From a virus: DNA of 31,242 bases. The translations under genes were made by a program, and so were the position numbers. The notes beneath the pieces are model-generated. The model made no database searches, was not told the origin of the DNA, and saw only the letters and a list, made by a program, of their open reading frames with translations. How positions within the stretch are numbered: position 1 is the first letter of the stretch; each line of letters starts with the position of its first letter. Where the stretch lies: IMG/VR virus record IMGVR_UViG_3300038365_000206, positions 1-31,242 of that record. One strand, written 5' to 3'. Positions 27,369-31,242 of the stretch are shown piece by piece.

Positions 27369-27424
27369 TGGACAAGGTGGGACTTGAACCCACAACATCC
27401 TATATCCAGCTTCGATGCTTGCCC
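27369..27424 (-). ncRNA. 56-nt mini tRNA-like RNA with a G3-U70 pair and A73, lacking a canonical anticodon arm
   Basis: Acceptor GGGCAAG/CTTGTCC, T arm GTGGG-TTCAAGT-CCCAC, discriminator A, then a T7 run; only 24 nt between the acceptor 5' strand and the T arm. Confidence 0.8.
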
Positions 27425-27427
27425 AAA

Positions 27428-27587
27428 TGGCTTGTGCAGGATTCGAACCTGCAAAGGTACATGATCCTTGATTTTTGCGTGGTGCATCTGCCTCGTGACA
27501 GGATGTCACCCGCTCATTTTTGTAACTAAATAATAGGTTTAAAGTGTAAATATCAAGGAACAAACCTTTATTCCAATAATACAAGCC
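27428..27587 (-). ncRNA. 160-nt tRNA-like RNA with a long structured insert in place of the anticodon loop
   Basis: Perfect acceptor GGCTTGT/ACAAGCC, T arm GCAGG-TTCGAAT-CCTGC, discriminator A; long-range stems AAAGGT/ACCTTT and TCCTTGAT/ATCAAGGA. Confidence 0.8.
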
Positions 27588-27615
27588 CAAAAACTAAAAT
27601 AAAAAAAAGTTTAAG

Positions 27616-28365
27616 TTAAAATTCTGCCAATGTACGCTGATCAGGACTTAACTTAATCAACTCAACAACCCGTTTATCTTTGTAGAAATAGGCAAGAGCA
27701 AACTCATACAACATCTTTGCTGATAATTCATGCTGTTTAAGATATGCGGAATTACTGATCCCTGCCTTCTTTGCAAGTTCTGGTATTAAGAAACCAGTTT
27801 CACCTGCAAACAAGAAATAAAGCTTTTCATATAAGAATGGAGTGCCGACTTTATCACGTTTCGCCACATCATTCAAGAGATTTGCAAGTTTAGCCCGGTA
27901 AGACTCATTTTGAACCCTTGCAAGTTCCTCGGGTTGAACACCAGTGATTTTCTTAATGTTCTCCATCATGCCTTGCAATAATTCCTGCGTGACTCTGTTC
28001 TTACTCTGAATTTCATACCTCCCTGTCTTCCGGATTGAAGGTAAAACCTCATCTGTAACCCATGCCACAAATGTTTGAGCTTCTGGTTTTCTAGATTTAA
28101 ATATAAGTTGATATAAACCAGATTCAGTTATCCAAATCCCCATATCACCTTTTTTTAGTTTTAAACTAAATTTTTTATTTCTGCTGAGTTCTCGTACATT
28201 GATTCTTTGTTTGTCATTCATTTCACTGACATAACCCCTTACTGTGTTTTCACCAATATTTAAACAAGTTCCAACGCTTAAAGGGTTAAACAATGGTTCG
28301 CCGTTGAGTTCGACACATTCAAGATTTTCATTGTTCTTAAATTCAAATTTCATGATTTCACTCAC
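27616..28365 (-). CDS. Bro-N domain protein (antirepressor-like)
   Basis: ELNGEPLF...WITESGLYQLIFKSRKPEAQTFVAWVTDEVLPSIRKTGRY Bro-N signature; GTG start with AAGGAG RBS. Confidence 0.92.
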   Translation of the reverse strand: MSEIMKFEFKNNENLECVELNGEPLFNPLSVGTCLNIGENTVRGYVSEMNDKQRINVRELSRNKKFSLKLKKGDMGIWITESGLYQLIFKSRKPEAQTFVAWVTDEVLPSIRKTGRYEIQSKNRVTQELLQGMMENIKKITGVQPEELARVQNESYRAKLANLLNDVAKRDKVGTPFLYEKLYFLFAGETGFLIPELAKKAGISNSAYLKQHELSAKMLYEFALAYFYKDKRVVELIKLSPDQRTLAEF

Positions 28366-28543
28366 GTTTTTTCATCTCCTTTTGGTTCTCTTCAATGGGT
28401 TAAAACAACACCCTAAAGAAACTGAGACCAAATGAGAAATTTACGATCTTAATAAAACCAAAGAATAAAATAGCAAATTTTAAATAATCCCACTAAAGAA
28501 ATACAGACTTGAAATAAACTAATTAACCAACGAGGTGGAATGA

Positions 28544-28972
28544 ATGAACAAAAAGATTGTCGGCGGAGTAGTGATCCTTGTCCTGCTTGTAATTATAATA
28601 GCAGCCGCAAGTTCTGGTTCGGGTTCAAACACCCAATCACAACCGCCACTAAACGTGTCAAACATATCTGTAACAAGCCAAGGCTACGGCATGTATAGTG
28701 TAAATACTAAAGTGGTTCCTAACAAAGATTTCAGCTATCTTGAAATGGCAGTTATATTTTATGATTCTGATGGTGCCGTTGTAGGTACTTCCCCTGTAGC
28801 TTGGAATGTTGACAATGCTAAACAAGGACAGACTTATAAAGTTCAGGGAACAGCTACTGCAAATACAGGAACTTTACCTAAGAAGGCTAGTGTGTTCTTC
28901 TTTGATTCTGTGTTCAGTGGTGGTGACACGTCTTCAGCTATTTGGGCTCAAAACGTGACATTAAAAGGTTAA
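28544..28972 (+). CDS. Membrane-anchored extracellular Ig-like (FxLYD-like) protein; superinfection-exclusion candidate
   Basis: N-terminal signal/TM helix, Ser/Gly linker, YLEMAVIFYDSDGAVVG motif; GAGGTGG RBS. Confidence 0.7.
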   Translation: MNKKIVGGVVILVLLVIIIAAASSGSGSNTQSQPPLNVSNISVTSQGYGMYSVNTKVVPNKDFSYLEMAVIFYDSDGAVVGTSPVAWNVDNAKQGQTYKVQGTATANTGTLPKKASVFFFDSVFSGGDTSSAIWAQNVTLKG

Positions 28973-29096
28973 ATTTTCTTTTTTATTCTTTTTTTGATTA
29001 AAAAATTCTTGTTTCTTGCGGTAGGTTCTTATCCGCTGTTCGTGTTTCAATACGTGCATCACACCAACGATTTTTCCTTCCGAGGTGATCACAATT

Positions 29097-29172
29097 AACT
29101 ACACCAAATAGTGTAGTTTTTTCTACACCTTAGTATACACCAAGGAGTATATATATTTTTCTACACTATTTT
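29097..29172. promoter_or_regulatory. TACAC operator-like array upstream of the AbrB-type gene
   Basis: Inverted repeat AACTACAC-N6-GTGTAGTT (29097-29118) plus TACAC(C/T) at 29124, 29136 and 29162. Confidence 0.6.
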
Positions 29173-29246
29173 GTGATGAAAAAAAGGTAAAATTATATAT
29201 GGTATAAAAGGAAAAATTAAATATGTGAAAAACTATAGGGGGGATT

Positions 29247-29432
29247 ATGATATTTGAATACAAAAGTAAAATAGGAAAAGGCGATAAAAAGGGTGTTTCA
29301 TCCAGAACAATAATCCCCAAGGGCATAATCAAAATTTTGGGGGTAGATTTTGGTGATGACATCATTTGGAAAGCAGATGTGAGCGATAAAGGTGTAACCG
29401 TCACAGTCAAACCAGTCAAAAAAGAGAAATGA
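29247..29432 (+). CDS. AbrB/SpoVT/MazE-type DNA-binding protein
   Basis: SSRTIIPKGIIKILGVDFGDDIIW swapped-hairpin signature; GGGGGGA RBS and upstream TATA-like tracts. Confidence 0.85.
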   Translation: MIFEYKSKIGKGDKKGVSSRTIIPKGIIKILGVDFGDDIIWKADVSDKGVTVTVKPVKKEK

Positions 29433-29550
29433 TACATACGAGAAGATATGAATGAAAAAAAGCACTCTTTCCTTAATTCTAATTTTACACTATTTTCTAA
29501 AAAGTCCTGAATACCGGAAAATATATACCTTACACTAACTAAGATCATGA

Positions 29551-29625
29551 TGGCGATGCCTCCGTGGCGTTGTCAAGGGGCATGGGATGAAAGTTGGAGC
29601 TCGACTCCCATGTTCCCCCTTTTTT
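29551..29625 (+). ncRNA. Candidate two-hairpin GC-rich small RNA with upstream TATA box and oligo-U terminator
   Basis: Hairpin 1 TGGCGATGCC/GGCGTTGTCA; hairpin 2 GGGG-CATGGG...CCCATG-TT-CCCC with an inner AGTTG/CGACT stem; T6 at 29620; GAAAATATATA at 29517-29527. Confidence 0.6.
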
Positions 29626-29742
29626 AACAGTATCTGCACTGTTTAATTACATTTTAACATGCATAAAAAAAGAGTAAGAGCATCTGATAAGAAATAGAAA
29701 AAGTTTAATTGTACAATAAGAATATTGTCCGGAATGTGTTAT

Positions 29743-30228
29743 TCATAAACCTAAAAGCTGCTGTTTCTTCAAGTTATATTCTTCCTCCGTGATCGCACCC
29801 ATGTCCTTTAATTCTGCAAGCTTTTTCAGTTCATCTAAAGAACTATAACATGAATCATTAGAATTAGTTTGAGCTTTATCTACTTTGTTGCGTATAATAT
29901 CATAAAAATCTTTTAAACGTTTATCTAAACTTCTAAAAGAATATTCAAGGCTTGAAAGGTATATTTGGATGCTAGGATAAGAAAGAAATCTACCCGCGTC
30001 AAAATCTGCACTTGTAATACTATCATAACGGATGTTTTTAGTACCTCTATCTTTACCACGGAAATAACTTTTTTTATGGATAATTAACTCTTTTTCACCT
30101 ATTTCAAGGATTCCTTTAATATATGTTTGAGTATTACCTAAACTAGCCCTCCCAGGCATTGTTTCATAAAACTCAACATCCAAATGAGGATTTGTTATTA
30201 CAGGTTCTTCTGTCTTTTTTCCAAACAT
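29743..30228 (-). CDS. PH-like domain plus C-terminal SHOCT domain protein
   Basis: SLDELKKLAELKDMGAITEEEYNLKKQQLL is a SHOCT signature; position next to the integrase. Confidence 0.85.
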   Translation of the reverse strand: MFGKKTEEPVITNPHLDVEFYETMPGRASLGNTQTYIKGILEIGEKELIIHKKSYFRGKDRGTKNIRYDSITSADFDAGRFLSYPSIQIYLSSLEYSFRSLDKRLKDFYDIIRNKVDKAQTNSNDSCYSSLDELKKLAELKDMGAITEEEYNLKKQQLLGL

Positions 30229-30270
30229 TCTATTATCACCAGTTACTGGAATGGTTATTTTTATTATTTA

Positions 30271-31242
30271 TTATTTGCTTTTATCCAATCCTTTCAGCTC
30301 TTTATGTAACTGTAATTCCTCTTCAACAGATTTTAATCTATCTAAGATGTCCTCATATTCCCTGCTGTGAATGTCTTTAATCTCTGTTTTCTCTAAACTT
30401 AGATCAGGTAATGCTTTCATATACTCCTTTTTAACTGCCAAAATGTCTGGTTTAAAGTAGGCCCCAGTCACGGGGTTTAATTTATGTCCAAGCAACCAGT
30501 CCGTGATTATTTGTTGAAGTCCGTTCTTTTGGAGTGTTGTTGCGAAGAACTTACGTAGGTTGTGGGATCTGAAGAAACGTAGCCGGCCCTGAGAGCCAAA
30601 ACCGCATTTATCGTTGATCCGCCTAAATTCTGTTCCAAGGATATTGTTTTTGATTAGGTTATATTTTCCATCGTTATAGTTCATGAAAAGTATATCGTCC
30701 TGGCGTTTAGGGTATGTTCCTTTGTAATCTCGTTGGTGTAGGTAATTGATGATTGCATGTGTGCTTTCAGGACTGCTAAACGTGAAATATGGCATTCTGG
30801 TTTTGTATCGTTTAATCTTCCAGGTGGGAATTAACTCGTATTCTGACTTTTTTGTCAGTAACGTGTCCAGTTCCCCTATATTGATTAACTCTTTTTCACC
30901 AATTTCTAATGCTAATGATTTTAAGAAGTCCTTAAAGGTTAAATGAGTTACTTCTGCAGCACCCATGCCGGAACTGCTCATTAATAGAATGATTGCTTTG
31001 TACTTCAGGTTCGCAAATCCAAGGGCTTTCTTGATGTGATCTTTGTTCATCATGTTGTCGGTTGTGATGAGGATCTGTTCATCATTCCTGATCGGCACGG
31101 TCTTGGGTAGTTCGATTTCAAATTCACGATAAAAAGTTCTGATCTCAGTAATTGTTTTTTTGACGTAAAGGGGGGAATAGTTCTGACTGTTCATATATTC
31201 AGTGTAATCAAGTAGGTCTAACTTTATTTGTCTTTCCCTCAT
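30271..31242 (-). CDS. int: Tyrosine recombinase/integrase (may extend 5' beyond the window)
   Basis: KAIILLMSSSGMGAAE, KRYK, SHNLRKFF (H-x-x-R), LLGH and GAYF (catalytic Tyr). Confidence 0.9.
   Translation of the reverse strand: MRERQIKLDLLDYTEYMNSQNYSPLYVKKTITEIRTFYREFEIELPKTVPIRNDEQILITTDNMMNKDHIKKALGFANLKYKAIILLMSSSGMGAAEVTHLTFKDFLKSLALEIGEKELINIGELDTLLTKKSEYELIPTWKIKRYKTRMPYFTFSSPESTHAIINYLHQRDYKGTYPKRQDDILFMNYNDGKYNLIKNNILGTEFRRINDKCGFGSQGRLRFFRSHNLRKFFATTLQKNGLQQIITDWLLGHKLNPVTGAYFKPDILAVKKEYMKALPDLSLEKTEIKDIHSREYEDILDRLKSVEEELQLHKELKGLDKSK

Larger units (their letters stand above)
1..31242. mobile_element. Archaeal Caudoviricetes (siphovirus-like) provirus/temperate virus, incomplete at both edges
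   Basis: Integrase, replication, packaging, head and long non-contractile tail modules in canonical order. No att sites or lysin gene are visible in the window. Confidence 0.95.

Noticed and set aside
27369-27587. Circularly permuted (two-piece) tmRNA
   Set aside because: A permuted gene needs the first 3' acceptor strand (ACAAGCC) to pair with the following 5' strand (GGGCAAG), and they do not pair. Each element closes its own acceptor stem.
27360-27590. 76-aa track ORF, and the N-terminal extension of 27002..27316
   Set aside because: No RBS; they overlap the tRNA-like RNAs or a better RBS-led 36-aa ORF.
28985-29095. Weak hairpins and a ~33-codon minus-strand ORF after the membrane protein gene
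   Set aside because: Stems are short (4-5 bp) and the RBS is unconvincing; this is not distinguishable from chance.
29548-29620. Fluoride riboswitch, C/D box sRNA or tRNA identity for the two-hairpin RNA
   Set aside because: GGCGATG and ATGATGG resemble the 5' motifs, but the required downstream CTGATG/CTGA elements are absent; GAGCTCGACTCC does not form a proper 5-bp/7-nt T arm.
1-31242. CRISPR array, diversity-generating retroelement, IS element or DNA methyltransferase
   Set aside because: No regularly spaced repeat-spacer array, reverse transcriptase, TR/VR pair, transposase or MTase motif is seen.

Overview
This window is most of an archaeal head-tail (siphovirus-like) provirus or temperate virus. 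The host is most likely a methanogen of the Methanobacteriales, inferred from the low GC, GGAGG/GGTGA ribosome-binding sites, an MCM helicase, a TFIIB-like protein, an A1-U72 tRNA-Gln and DUF11-like adhesin repeats. Nearly all genes are on the minus strand. From right to left: tyrosine integrase (at the window edge), a SHOCT protein, a small plus-strand island (membrane protein, AbrB-type regulator, structured GC-rich RNA candidate), a Bro-N protein, two tandem tRNA-like RNAs without a normal anticodon arm, a run of tiny Cys-rich ORFs, an ERF annealing protein, an ERCC4/XPF nuclease, MCM, two paralogous RHH proteins, a TFB-like factor and tRNA-Gln(UUG). These are followed by two membrane proteins, terS, terL, portal, MuF, an inverted moron, protease/scaffold, major capsid, head-tail proteins, tail tube, a tail chaperone with a probable +1 frameshift, a tape measure protein with a transglutaminase-like peptidase domain, and a Dit-like tail protein carrying DUF11-like repeats. 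The most unusual signals are the tandem tRNA-like RNAs (27369-27587), one carrying a G3-U70 alanine identity pair; the two-hairpin RNA candidate at 29551-29625; and probable ATA starts on the ERCC4 nuclease and the TFB-like gene. All family assignments come from motif recognition by eye; no searches or folding programs were run.
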